Shown piece by piece: positions 1 through 9,807 of a stretch of 35,553 nt of DNA (position 1 is the first letter of the stretch; the number at the start of each line of letters is the position of its first letter). Origin of the DNA: a virus (Duplodnaviria; Caudoviricetes); IMG/VR virus record IMGVR_UViG_3300020003_000008, positions 1-35,553 of that record, one strand, 5' to 3'. The translations under genes were made by a program, and so were the position numbers. The notes beneath the pieces were generated by a model. The model worked only from the letters and a program-made list of their open reading frames with translations. It ran no database searches and was not told the DNA's origin.

Positions 1-244
1 GGTAGCGCTCACGGATGAGCTGGTAGAGGGCGTCGTGGACGAGCGAGCCGCGCATGAAGTTGGCGGTGTCGATCGCCGGCCCGCTCGGGCCGTCCCAGGC
101 GTAGCCGGCGCGGATCGTCAGCTCGCCATCGGGAGTCATGGACAGGAACTCGGCGTGGACATCGGTCCCGAAGACGCTGCCGACGTTGACGACGTACTCC
201 TTGGCGAGCTGGTACTTGTAGCCGGAGCGGTACGCGATGCTCAC
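1..244 (-). CDS. DUF1353-like phage protein, truncated by window edge
   Basis: Manual translation from GTG at 244 (GTGA overlap with upstream stop): MSIAYRSGYKYQL...GYAWDGPSGPAIDT...GSLVHDALYQL; the GYxWDGxS and HDxLY motifs match DUF1353. Confidence 0.75.
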   Translation of the reverse strand, partial: MSIAYRSGYKYQLAKEYVVNVGSVFGTDVHAEFLSMTPDGELTIRAGYAWDGPSGPAIDTANFMRGSLVHDALYQLIRERY

Positions 245-426
245 GATAGGCCGAGCGCCTTGGCTACGCCTTCCCAGACTTCGGGCAGGTACTTCGCCAC
301 GGCGGCGCTGCCGGCGGGCCCGGCGTAGGCGCCGGCCGCGGAGGCGGCGGCGACGAGCGCGTACGACTTCCAGTTGGCCTTCAACGTGGCGAACAGTGAC
401 TCGGTCTTCTTCTTCTTCGTGGCCAT
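241..426 (-). CDS. Small membrane protein, holin-like candidate
   Basis: AAGGAG SD before ATG at 426; MATKKKK basic N-terminus followed by a hydrophobic Ala/Gly-rich segment; lies after the last ejection protein. Confidence 0.5.
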   Translation of the reverse strand: MATKKKKTESLFATLKANWKSYALVAAASAAGAYAGPAGSAAVAKYLPEVWEGVAKALGLS

Positions 427-442
427 GGGTGACTTCTCCTTT

Positions 443-637
443 TCACGCATTACGGTCCTTCTCTTCCTTGACCCCGAGGGCGCGTGACGACTCCCGGGTG
501 AGCTGGAGCAGTTCGTCCATGCGGCTGTTGATCTTCTGCTCTAGCCGTTTCGTCCAGACGAGGTTGGCGAAGCCGATCAGCGCGAGGACGATGGACACCG
601 AGCCGCCGATGATGGCGAGGAGGATGGCCTCGGTCAC
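443..637 (-). CDS. Small single-TM protein with coiled-coil tail, holin-like candidate
   Basis: GTG at 637 overlaps the stop of the giant gene; hydrophobic AILLAIIGGSVSIVLALIGF followed by a charged helix. Confidence 0.55.
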   Translation of the reverse strand: MTEAILLAIIGGSVSIVLALIGFANLVWTKRLEQKINSRMDELLQLTRESSRALGVKEEKDRNA

Positions 638-3600
638 TGCGTCATCCCCTGGAGGAACTTGGCGAGGTCGGGGGACGACGACATCTCGTCGATCCGTCCG
701 CGGCCCTCGGGGCCGCTCAGCTTCTCGTCGATCATCTGCTTCACGCCGGGGCCGAACTTGTTGCCGGCCGCGTCGCTGAGGTGGTCGAGGTACTTGTCGC
801 GGAGCTGCTTGTCCTCGACGATGAGGATGTTCTCCGCGGCGCGGCGGTAGCCGCCCATGATGTTGCCGAGGATGTCGGCCTGCACCGAACCAGGGCCGCC
901 GTGCAGGTTCTTGAAGCCGGGCGTCTGCACGAACGTGGTGAGGAAGTCCCACATGCCGAGCTTGCCCTTCGGCAGGTCGCCCTCCCAGCCGAGGCCGCGC
1001 AGCACGGGCTCGAACGTCGAGGCGGGCAACTTGATCCCGTTGCCCTGGAGCACGGCCAGGCGGTCGATGTGCTTCGGCGAAAGCTCGACGCTGCCGAGGC
1101 TACCAAGCGGGTCGGGCAGGATCCCCGCTGGCGCGCCGGTGCCCTTGATCGTTCGCGCGGGCGGCTGCACCTTCACGCCGTTGCGCAGAAGCGCCTTCGA
1201 CACGACGTCGGGCTCGCCCTTCACCAGCGGCAGCGGCGTGAGGGCGGCGACGCCCTCCCACGGGTGCGCGATGTATGGCTCGCCGTTCGCCTTGCGCTTC
1301 GGGTATAGCGTCCGCTCCTCGCCGCCGAGCCAGGCGTACGGGTTCTTGCGCTGGTGGCCCGTCTTCGCGTCGAACGACACCGTCCCCCACGGCACCTTGG
1401 CGTAGAGCTGGTCGACCCAGTCGTACGCCTCGGGCGCGATCGGGTAGCGGAACCGCTCGATCTGGCCGCCGGCGGCGCCAGTCGGGAACGACGCCACCGA
1501 CGTCAGGGGGCGGCGCAGCGCCTTCAGGCCCTTCTCGACGTCCTTGCGGTCTTCGGCCGAGACGGCTTCGAGGAAGCCCTGCGTGCCCTGCATCCAGGGG
1601 CGGTCAAGCCAGTTGTGCCAGCCGCCGAGCGCGATGGCGACCGCCGCCGCGCCGAGCGTCTCCGTCGACAGCGGCTGGTCGGTCTCCGCGTAGTACGTGT
1701 CCATCACGTCCGCCACCATGAGCAGCGGGCCGGTGATCGGATCGAACCGCTCCAGCGGGAACGACCACGGGATGCCGTCCTCGCCGCGGAAGATGAAGCT
1801 GTCGCCCTTGATCTTCTGGTCGCGAAGGTGCTTCTCCAGCTTCTTCTCGTTAACGATCCGGCCGGTGAGGTTGCCGTTCTCGTACATGTAGACGCCGAGC
1901 GCCATGGTCATCGCGCCGACCGCCAGCTTGTTGGCCGCGATCTCTGCGGCGGGGCCGCCGGCGAGGATGTCGTGGCGGATCTTGTTCTGCAGCATCGAGA
2001 GGCCGGTCATCGACTCCAGGTTGACGTCCATGATGTTGACCGACACCTTGAAGAACGGCGCGAACACTTTGGCCGCCGGGTGCTGCAGGAACTGCTGCAG
2101 GCCACCGATGGCGCCGTGCCCCAGGTCGCGCGTGAAGGTGACGTACTGGGAGTGGGCCTGGGCGATCTTCGCCGCGTCGTCGGGGATGCTCTTCTTGAAC
2201 GCGGTCACCGCGCGCGAGTACGCGAACGTGCCAGGCTGCAGTCCCTGGCGCAGCGCGTCCTGCACCGCCTGCTCGGCGATGGAGGCGCGGAAGGCCAGGG
2301 TCTTCACGAACTCGTCGGTGCCGATCATGCCGCGGCTGCCCGCGTTGGCCGCCAGGCCGAGCGCGTTGAAGAACTGCTGCACCGGGTTGCCCAGGTCGGC
2401 GCCCTTCGACAGGTGCATCGCCTCGGCCGCACTGTGGACGGCGCCCGGCGCCAGCTTGAACACCTCGGCCATCCGGTCGCCCGTCATCGCCCGCGCGCTG
2501 ATCTTCTGGTTGTTGCCGAACTGGGACCGCGTGGTCCACATGGTCTTACCGGCGGCGATCAGGCCTTCGGCGACGGAGTCGAACAGGCCAGCGGTGTACG
2601 CGTTGGCCGCCTTGAAGCCGTACTCGTTCCACGGCTCGGCCGCCGCCATGTAGCGGGTGAACACCTCGCGGCCCAGCATCAGGCCGTTGCCGGTGACGTT
2701 CGCGATGTTCCCGGGGATCGTCGACAACATCGAACTGAAGAACGCCTCCCAGACCATGTCGTACCCCCAGCTCGCGACCGCCTTGATGAAGCTGGGGCGC
2801 GACAGGGTGGGGAGCTGCTGGTAGCCCGCGCGCATCGCGCGCATGTTCAACAGGAGCTGCTGGACGGCCGGCTGCTGCAGCATCGCCTGGTAGGAGGTGG
2901 TCGTGCCGCCAGGGCCGGCGGTGGGGCCGAACTTGGACGCCTGGGTGACCAGGTTGCGGAGGTTGGACAGGGGATTCGCCGCAGAACCTGCGGAGGTTGG
3001 CGGTGCCGCACCGGCCGCGGTGGCGGGTGGCTGCTGCGCCCCGCCGGCGGCGGGCGCCTTGGCGAACGGGCTCGGCGCCTGGCCGGCGCCCTCCTGGCCA
3101 GCGCGCTCCAGTTGGCCCGTCAGGCCCGTGGGCACCTCGCCGGGGCGCACCGGCGGCTCGGGGGGCGGCGTAGCAGCGCCGGCGGGTGGCGTCGCCTGGC
3201 CGGCGGCGCGTCCAGCATCCTGTACGCTACCCGCCGTAGCGTCCACTGCGGTGGACGTACCGGCGCTGCTGAGGCGCGGGGCGATGCCCTTCTCGACCCG
3301 CTCGGCGCGGTCGCGGAGGAAGATCAGGCGTGGCTCGTCGGTCACGTCCTTGGCGTAGCGGGCCGCGCGAAGGGTGCGGCCGGCCTCTTCCAGGCCACCG
3401 TCCAGGGCGCGGGACAGGACACCGACCAGCTCCATGTGCTCGACCATGTCGATCTCGGCCAGAAGCCCAGCGGGCGTGTTGAGGCCGGCCGTCTTCACGG
3501 CGCCCTCCAGCTCGTTGAGCCGCTTCATGCCGTTGCGCAGCAGCGCCGCGGTGGCCCACACCCAGGTGGAGTTGACGCCCTCGCCGGCGGCGCGGTTGAG

Positions 3601-6600
3601 CGCCAGGGCGACGTCGTAGCCGGTCTCTTCGAGGATGTGCGCGGCCAGCTTCGCCTCGTCGGCGTCGCCCACGATGCCGCGGCTGTACGCGTGGACGCCC
3701 TCGGTGTCGAAGACCTCCTTCACCTTGCGTAGCGTCGCGTGCATGTTGTCGACCGAGTGCCCCATCGTGGCCCAGTCGATCGACATCATCTTCTTGCCGA
3801 CCTGGATCGTGCCGGCGCCAGGGCGCATGTACTGGCCAGTGCGCAGGAGCGACGGGGAGACCTCGACCGAGGGCGCCGCGCGCTTCAGGGCGCGGGCCAC
3901 CTGCGCGAGCGCCTTGGCCGCGCGCGGGTTCAGGAGGCCGCCGAGGCCAGCGGCTGCGGCGTACTCTTCGACCGCCAGGTCGGCGTCGTTCAGCTCGCGG
4001 TTGATCTCGGCGATGCCGAGGCCGATGGTCGCGAAGCCGAGCGCCTTCTTGCTCTCGAAGAACGCGAACGCCTCGTCCTCGACGCCGCGCTCGCGCCACG
4101 AGCGCGCGACCGTGTCCATGAGGGGCTCGACCAGCTCGCCCGTGACCTCGCGGCCCTCCTCGGCCTTGCGGCCGATCCAGATGGCCTGCTGCGCCTCGCG
4201 CGGCGACACATCGTGCAGGCGCGCGAAGTCGGTCACGAACGCGGAAAGCGCCTGGTACTCGGCGTCGCTCAGGTCCTTCGTCTCGGTGAGCTGGATGACC
4301 TGCCCGCCCGGGTTCGTCTTGCTGGGCAGCGTGATCCGGCTGGACCCCGGGTCCACCAGGGCGCCGATCATGTGGCTGTCGATAACGGCGCGGGTGTCGT
4401 CGCCCTTTCCTAGCGCGCCCACGTAGATGGCCTTCCAGAAGTCCTGCACCTTGTTGCCCTGCAGTTCTCCGCCGTTCCACGCGCGCATGACGTTGGGGAC
4501 GTGCGCGCTCGGCAGGCCCTTCATCTCGGTGAAGCGCCGCGAAATCTCTTCCTCCGAGGCGCCCTTCTTGAGCATCTTGTAGGCCTCGATGGCCAGTTCG
4601 ACGTTGCCGACCTTGCCACCTAGCGACTGCACCGCGGTCTGCGGGCTCGTCGCCGCGATCAGCTTGGCGACCAGCTCGGCTTCGGGGATGCCGGCTGGGC
4701 CGACCGGGGCCACGCCGAACACGTCGACGATCTCCTGGCCGGCTCCGTACCAGTCGGGGAACTCCCACTCGCCCGCCACCTTCAGGCCGGACTTGAAGAA
4801 CCGCTCGATGTCCTCGACCTTCCGCAGCTTCAGGCCCGTGAGGATCTTGTCGAACTGGGCCTGGCCCTTCTCCCACACGCCTTCGAGCTGGCCCGCGATA
4901 CCTGGGCCGAAGTCGCGCTGCATCGTCTTCGCCAAGTCGGCCTGCTTCACGCCGCGCCAGATCAGGCCGGCCGCCTTGTTGACCAGGGCGTTCTTCTGGA
5001 TCGTGGACAGCTTCTTTCCGGCGGCCAGGGTGGCGGCGATCGTCGTTAGCGGCGCGGCGACGTACGCCCGCGACGGGTCGTTGGGATCAGCCGGCAGGCC
5101 AATCGCCAGCGCCACGTCAGTGGTCATGGCGGCGGGGATCGCGTAGCGCGCGGGCGGCGTCCAGCTCCCGGCCTCCAGCGCCTTCTCGATGCCCGACGCC
5201 TGCGGGGTGAGCAGGCGGTCCTCGATGGACGGAAGCTTCGCCGCCATCTCGGTGGCGTCGTCGAGCAGGGCCACCTTCTGCGGCGGGAACACGCCGCCGT
5301 TGGCCACGGCGCTCGCGGCCTGGCCGTAGATCTCGGTCAGGAGCGCCTTGCGCGCCATCGGGTCGGCGATGCTGTTCGACGCCACCTGGTAGGCGCGCCA
5401 CTCACCGTCGAGCGAGAAGTCGTTGCCGTGCAGGTAGTGGTGCTCGTAGTCGTGCCACGCGCGGAACTTCCAGTTGGTGTCGATGTCCCAGATCGGGTGG
5501 TCGCTGTTGTCGGTCGTCACCCTCATCACGCCCTGCCGGATGTCCGCGGCCATCTCTTCCGCGGTCATGTACGGCTGGCCGGTCACGCGCTCGATGCGCA
5601 GGCCGGTGGCGACGACGTCGTCGAACTTCTTCGACACCGCCAGGGCCAGGGCGTCCCACGCCGGCACCGCGTTAGCGTCGAAGTCTGGTAGCGCGTCGTA
5701 CGCCGCGGCGGTGCCGATGTCGGCGTCGCGGAGGGGCATCGACGGGTTGTCGTAGACGTGGTGGCCCGTGGTGCGGGGCACCGGCACCGGGATGTCCTCA
5801 AACGTCTCCAGGTTGCTGACGGCCTTCTGGCGGAACCGCTGCCCGAGGGCCAGCGCCTCGTCCTGCGAGTCGACCGCGCGAGAGATGTCGAGGTAGGTCC
5901 GGCCCTCGTTGAACCAGGTGCCGACGTTGGCGCCGGGCTCGGCCAGGAGATCCTGGTTCCGCTTGATGAACTGTTCGATCTGCTGCGACGACGCCAGGCC
6001 CTCGATGATCTCGCCGCGCTCGGGCGCGATGGCCACCGCGAACTTGCCCGGCGTGCCGCCGAGGTTCCGGCCCTCTGCCATGCTGAAGGTCGCCCCGCCG
6101 CTGTCCGCGGTCATGGTGGCGATCTGGTCGGCGACCGACACGTTGCGGCCAGGGCGGCCGCGCTTGAGCGCCGCGATCGGGATCTCGACCTCGCGCCCCA
6201 TCACCTGGTCGCCCTGCTCGCCCACCAGGGAGAGCGTCTGGGCATCGGTGTCGACGCCCAGCTTCTTCAGGACGCCGGCCAGCTTCTCGTTGACGACGTC
6301 CGCGCGGACGGTCTCCACGCCCGTCGCTTCGGCGTGCCGGACCAGGCCGTCGACCACGCGCAGCAGGTCGCCGGTCGACGCCTTCTCGGAGTCGAACGTC
6401 TGCACGCGCAGCGCACCATCGGGGTCGGTCGACAGGTTCATCACCGTGTCCCCGGATGACACGATGACGCTGCCGTCAGGGTCGGCCGTGACCGCGGCGA
6501 CGCGCTTCGTCGCGGGGGCGGCGCCGGGCTCGACCTTCCACGACTTGTAGTGGGCGGCGAGCGCGGCGTCGAACGACTCCTGCGTCAGCTCGCCCTTGAC

Positions 6601-7590
6601 GGTGAAGTTGCCCCCGCCGGTCAGCGCGTCCTCGCGGAACTCGTGGGCACCGCCTGGGGCGCCCTTCCACTCGCCCTGGTAGACGGAGCCCTTCGACGTG
6701 GCATACGCGGAAGGGTCGAATTTCGACCCTTGCGTGGCTCCTTCGACCGCAGGCGTGAACTTCCCGCTCGCGGCGGCCTGGGTCAGGCGGGCGTCCATGC
6801 CCCCGACGTCGCCCATCACGCCCTCGGTGGCCTTGGCCGCCTTCACGGCCCGCGTCGCGCGGTTGCCGGCGCCGCCCAGCGCCTGGATGCCCTTCAGGCC
6901 GGTGAGGCCCTGGAACAGCGTCGCGCCGCCCAGCTCGGCGGCCACGCCGGCCTGCGCGGCCCGGTCGTTGTCGACGCCGGCCTGGATCAGCGCGTTCTTC
7001 ACCGACTCGCCGAAGGCGGCGGACGGCATGCTGGCGACTTCGAGCAGGGTGTCCGCGATCCGGTTCACCATGCCGGGCTCGATGCCCAGCTTCTGCGCGA
7101 TCATCGCGGTGCCGCCGCCGCCCTCTTCACCAGTGGCGGCACGCCCTACGCGCTCAGCCACCGCGCGCCCCCCGCTGGCCAGGGCGGCGGGCAGGTCGGG
7201 CGTCGCGGCTCCGCGCTCGTCGCGGTCGCGCACCTGCTCGGACGTGGACGCCTGGTTGGCGCGCGGGTTGTTGGGGGAGATGCGCTCGCGGCCGCCGCCG
7301 CCCATGCGGGCGCCCGGCTCCAGCACCTTGCGCTCGCCCGGCTTCAGGTTGTCGCCGGCCAGGCTCACGCCCTCGCGCTTCTGGCGCTCGACGACCTCTC
7401 CCGCGACCCGGTTTGGATCGCTGGCGTCGCGGACCTGCTCCGACGTCGACTCTTGCGGGTCGCCGCTGGCGCCCGTGGCGGGCGCGCTCTGGAAGTCGAC
7501 GAACTCCTGCGGGACCTCGGGCAGCTCGCCCATCTGAATCTTCAGACGGGTGACGGTGTCGCGCGCGATACGACTGTCGATCTCTGACAT
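634..7590 (-). CDS. Giant internal virion (ejection) protein, polyvalent multi-domain, 2318 aa
   Basis: AGGAG SD; third gene after tail tubular B/GNAT (T7 gp16-equivalent position); C-terminal YVTFT...FAPFFKVSVNI...RFDP region typical of podovirus large internal proteins; several embedded enzyme-like domains. Confidence 0.85.
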   Translation of the reverse strand: MSEIDSRIARDTVTRLKIQMGELPEVPQEFVDFQSAPATGASGDPQESTSEQVRDASDPNRVAGEVVERQKREGVSLAGDNLKPGERKVLEPGARMGGGGRERISPNNPRANQASTSEQVRDRDERGAATPDLPAALASGGRAVAERVGRAATGEEGGGGTAMIAQKLGIEPGMVNRIADTLLEVASMPSAAFGESVKNALIQAGVDNDRAAQAGVAAELGGATLFQGLTGLKGIQALGGAGNRATRAVKAAKATEGVMGDVGGMDARLTQAAASGKFTPAVEGATQGSKFDPSAYATSKGSVYQGEWKGAPGGAHEFREDALTGGGNFTVKGELTQESFDAALAAHYKSWKVEPGAAPATKRVAAVTADPDGSVIVSSGDTVMNLSTDPDGALRVQTFDSEKASTGDLLRVVDGLVRHAEATGVETVRADVVNEKLAGVLKKLGVDTDAQTLSLVGEQGDQVMGREVEIPIAALKRGRPGRNVSVADQIATMTADSGGATFSMAEGRNLGGTPGKFAVAIAPERGEIIEGLASSQQIEQFIKRNQDLLAEPGANVGTWFNEGRTYLDISRAVDSQDEALALGQRFRQKAVSNLETFEDIPVPVPRTTGHHVYDNPSMPLRDADIGTAAAYDALPDFDANAVPAWDALALAVSKKFDDVVATGLRIERVTGQPYMTAEEMAADIRQGVMRVTTDNSDHPIWDIDTNWKFRAWHDYEHHYLHGNDFSLDGEWRAYQVASNSIADPMARKALLTEIYGQAASAVANGGVFPPQKVALLDDATEMAAKLPSIEDRLLTPQASGIEKALEAGSWTPPARYAIPAAMTTDVALAIGLPADPNDPSRAYVAAPLTTIAATLAAGKKLSTIQKNALVNKAAGLIWRGVKQADLAKTMQRDFGPGIAGQLEGVWEKGQAQFDKILTGLKLRKVEDIERFFKSGLKVAGEWEFPDWYGAGQEIVDVFGVAPVGPAGIPEAELVAKLIAATSPQTAVQSLGGKVGNVELAIEAYKMLKKGASEEEISRRFTEMKGLPSAHVPNVMRAWNGGELQGNKVQDFWKAIYVGALGKGDDTRAVIDSHMIGALVDPGSSRITLPSKTNPGGQVIQLTETKDLSDAEYQALSAFVTDFARLHDVSPREAQQAIWIGRKAEEGREVTGELVEPLMDTVARSWRERGVEDEAFAFFESKKALGFATIGLGIAEINRELNDADLAVEEYAAAAGLGGLLNPRAAKALAQVARALKRAAPSVEVSPSLLRTGQYMRPGAGTIQVGKKMMSIDWATMGHSVDNMHATLRKVKEVFDTEGVHAYSRGIVGDADEAKLAAHILEETGYDVALALNRAAGEGVNSTWVWATAALLRNGMKRLNELEGAVKTAGLNTPAGLLAEIDMVEHMELVGVLSRALDGGLEEAGRTLRAARYAKDVTDEPRLIFLRDRAERVEKGIAPRLSSAGTSTAVDATAGSVQDAGRAAGQATPPAGAATPPPEPPVRPGEVPTGLTGQLERAGQEGAGQAPSPFAKAPAAGGAQQPPATAAGAAPPTSAGSAANPLSNLRNLVTQASKFGPTAGPGGTTTSYQAMLQQPAVQQLLLNMRAMRAGYQQLPTLSRPSFIKAVASWGYDMVWEAFFSSMLSTIPGNIANVTGNGLMLGREVFTRYMAAAEPWNEYGFKAANAYTAGLFDSVAEGLIAAGKTMWTTRSQFGNNQKISARAMTGDRMAEVFKLAPGAVHSAAEAMHLSKGADLGNPVQQFFNALGLAANAGSRGMIGTDEFVKTLAFRASIAEQAVQDALRQGLQPGTFAYSRAVTAFKKSIPDDAAKIAQAHSQYVTFTRDLGHGAIGGLQQFLQHPAAKVFAPFFKVSVNIMDVNLESMTGLSMLQNKIRHDILAGGPAAEIAANKLAVGAMTMALGVYMYENGNLTGRIVNEKKLEKHLRDQKIKGDSFIFRGEDGIPWSFPLERFDPITGPLLMVADVMDTYYAETDQPLSTETLGAAAVAIALGGWHNWLDRPWMQGTQGFLEAVSAEDRKDVEKGLKALRRPLTSVASFPTGAAGGQIERFRYPIAPEAYDWVDQLYAKVPWGTVSFDAKTGHQRKNPYAWLGGEERTLYPKRKANGEPYIAHPWEGVAALTPLPLVKGEPDVVSKALLRNGVKVQPPARTIKGTGAPAGILPDPLGSLGSVELSPKHIDRLAVLQGNGIKLPASTFEPVLRGLGWEGDLPKGKLGMWDFLTTFVQTPGFKNLHGGPGSVQADILGNIMGGYRRAAENILIVEDKQLRDKYLDHLSDAAGNKFGPGVKQMIDEKLSGPEGRGRIDEMSSSPDLAKFLQGMTQ

Positions 7591-7608
7591 GGGGCTCCTG
7601 ACGGTGGG

Positions 7609-9171
7609 CTAGCGGTCGAAGCCGCGCTTGGTGTCGCGCGACTCGCGGGACGACGGGGCGGCAGGCTTCTGCTGCTGGCCAGCGGGCGGGGCGGTCTGTG
7701 GCGGGGCGAGCGGGTTGAAGGCGCCGCCGCCGGCCTTGTCCTCGCCGGCGATGCGCTTGGCGATGTCGATCAGGTCGAGCAACGACTCGCCCGGCTTCGG
7801 GCGCTCGTTGATGCGGCGCGCCTCGCGGTACAGGCGCTCGTGCGCGGCCGCGTACTTCAGCTTGGCGTCGCCGTTGAGGAACGCGCCGATGCCACCGCCG
7901 AGCAGGGAGGCCATGGGGTCGACGCCAGTGATCGCGCGCGTGAGGTACGCCGAGGCCTGCTTGAACTCTTCCTTCGACGCGACGCCCTTCTCGGACGTCT
8001 CCTTCTCGAAGTCGTCGATCAGCTTCGCGGCGGTCGCGGCGCTAAGTTGGCCGCGGGTGACCTGGTTGTAGATCGACTCACGGGTGACCTTCGGGTCCTT
8101 CATCGCGATGCCGAGGGCGGTCTGAGCCGACACGCCAGGCATGTCCTGACCGCCGGCCACCAGGTCGCTGTTCATCACCTTTCGGATGCTGGTCACCTGG
8201 TCCAGCGTGATGATTCCGCGGATCTCGGGATCCTCCAGCGCGGCCTCGACCTGATCACGCGTCATGCGCTTGTTGGGCGGCGTGCTCGGGTCCCACGACT
8301 TCAGGACGTCGAGGCCCAGCGCGTTGACCTTCGCCTTGGCCTGGTGCTCGGACTCGCCGCGCTTGCGGCGCTCGGCCGACTCGGCCGCGGTGACGCCGTG
8401 GGCCGCCGACACGATCAGGGAGTCGCGGCGCGCCTGGCGCAGGTTGGGGAACATCGCGGGGTCCTGCAGCGCCGCCGCCGCCTCGTACGGGTTGTTGCGG
8501 ATCACGTCGCGCGCGATCGTGGTGTCGACGTTCTCGCGCATGGACAGCTTGCGCTCACCGGCCTGCTCCGGCGTGATGTGGCCCTGGTTGGCCAGCGCGT
8601 CCGACGCGCGGTCGAACGCCGTCATCAGGATGGCGCCGAACTGCGGATCACCAGACTTGATCGCCTGGGTGGCCTCGGACTCGGCCTGGCGCTGTAGCGC
8701 GACGTGCGCGGCGTCGGCCTTGCCGCTGAGGTTCTTGCGGTACTCGTACTTCGTGTTGACGACCTGGGTGCTCAGTGACTGCGACCCGTGCAGCTTCAGC
8801 ATCCGGGCGACTTCCGGCCGCTTGGCCTCGCTGCCGAGGCGGTCAAGCAGCTCGTTGCCCTTCTCGTTCAACTTCTCGGAGTGCGTCTTCAGGTCGAAGT
8901 CCGGCTCGCTGCGCAGCTTGCCGTCCAGGTCGGTCAGCTCCTGGCCGAACCGCGTGCGTAGCTGCATCGCCTCGATGGTGTCTTCGGCCTCGCGCTCCTT
9001 GTCGAGCAGTGACTGGGCCTGGTTGCCGATCTTGGCAGCGGTCGCGCCGAGCGTCTCGGCACCGCGCTGCAGCGCGCGCGAGCGCAGGGTCATGGTGTCG
9101 GTGTCGAGGCCGCCGTACGGGATCCGGCGCGGGAGCGCCTCTTCAGCCTGGATGATGGGAAGCCTGGGCAT
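7609..9171 (-). CDS. Internal virion (ejection) protein, 520 aa
   Basis: MPRLP start, helical Ala/Glu/Lys-rich composition, position between the small and giant ejection proteins. Confidence 0.7.
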   Translation of the reverse strand: MPRLPIIQAEEALPRRIPYGGLDTDTMTLRSRALQRGAETLGATAAKIGNQAQSLLDKEREAEDTIEAMQLRTRFGQELTDLDGKLRSEPDFDLKTHSEKLNEKGNELLDRLGSEAKRPEVARMLKLHGSQSLSTQVVNTKYEYRKNLSGKADAAHVALQRQAESEATQAIKSGDPQFGAILMTAFDRASDALANQGHITPEQAGERKLSMRENVDTTIARDVIRNNPYEAAAALQDPAMFPNLRQARRDSLIVSAAHGVTAAESAERRKRGESEHQAKAKVNALGLDVLKSWDPSTPPNKRMTRDQVEAALEDPEIRGIITLDQVTSIRKVMNSDLVAGGQDMPGVSAQTALGIAMKDPKVTRESIYNQVTRGQLSAATAAKLIDDFEKETSEKGVASKEEFKQASAYLTRAITGVDPMASLLGGGIGAFLNGDAKLKYAAAHERLYREARRINERPKPGESLLDLIDIAKRIAGEDKAGGGAFNPLAPPQTAPPAGQQQKPAAPSSRESRDTKRGFDR

Positions 9172-9807
9172 CTAGAACCTCTCGCCAGCGCGGTAGGACT
9201 GGTAGGACGACTCGGTGCGGCCGGTGCTGACCGTGGCGCCGCCGCCCGGCCGGTAGATGTTGCCGACGCCGCCGGCCGCGGAGGCCAGGCCGGACAGCAG
9301 CGTCGTGCCGGCGCCGACCAGGCCGGCGTGCTCGGCTTCCTTGCCAGCGAAGCGGTGCATGCGCGCCTGGGCGCTGAGGCCCGCGGCCTCGACGTCGCCG
9401 CTGTACTGCGCGCGGAGCGCGTCCAGCTCGCCCTCCTTGGCGTCGTACGCGAGTACGGCCAGGGGGGACGTGCCGGGCGTCAGCGCGACACCGCTGGCGC
9501 CTGCGTTGGCGCGGGCGGTCGCGAGGATCCGCCTGTTGCGCTCGCGCACGTCACGCGCGCGGGACTCGCCCGCCTGACGCGCGAGGGTGGCGTTGTACTC
9601 AGCCATTTCGGTCTGCGACTTGGCCGCCTTCTTCGCCTGCTGGCCCTGCTCGTACTGGGCGTACGCGCTGACGGCGGTGGCCGCCACGGTCGCGACGACG
9701 GCGATGATCGCCACCGTCTCGACGCCCATGCCTCCGCAGATGGCGGGCACCAGGCGACCGTCGATCTCCCAGTAGTGGTGACCGTTGATGACGACGGGCA
9801 GGTTCAT
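9172..9807 (-). CDS. Small internal virion (ejection) protein
   Basis: True start is probably ATG 9807 (AAGGAG SD, ATGA overlap); hydrophobic segment then QGQQAKK...AEYNA...ARANAGASGV...GTSPL pattern typical of this gene class. Confidence 0.75.
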   Translation of the reverse strand: MNLPVVINGHHYWEIDGRLVPAICGGMGVETVAIIAVVATVAATAVSAYAQYEQGQQAKKAAKSQTEMAEYNATLARQAGESRARDVRERNRRILATARANAGASGVALTPGTSPLAVLAYDAKEGELDALRAQYSGDVEAAGLSAQARMHRFAGKEAEHAGLVGAGTTLLSGLASAAGGVGNIYRPGGGATVSTGRTESSYQSYRAGERF

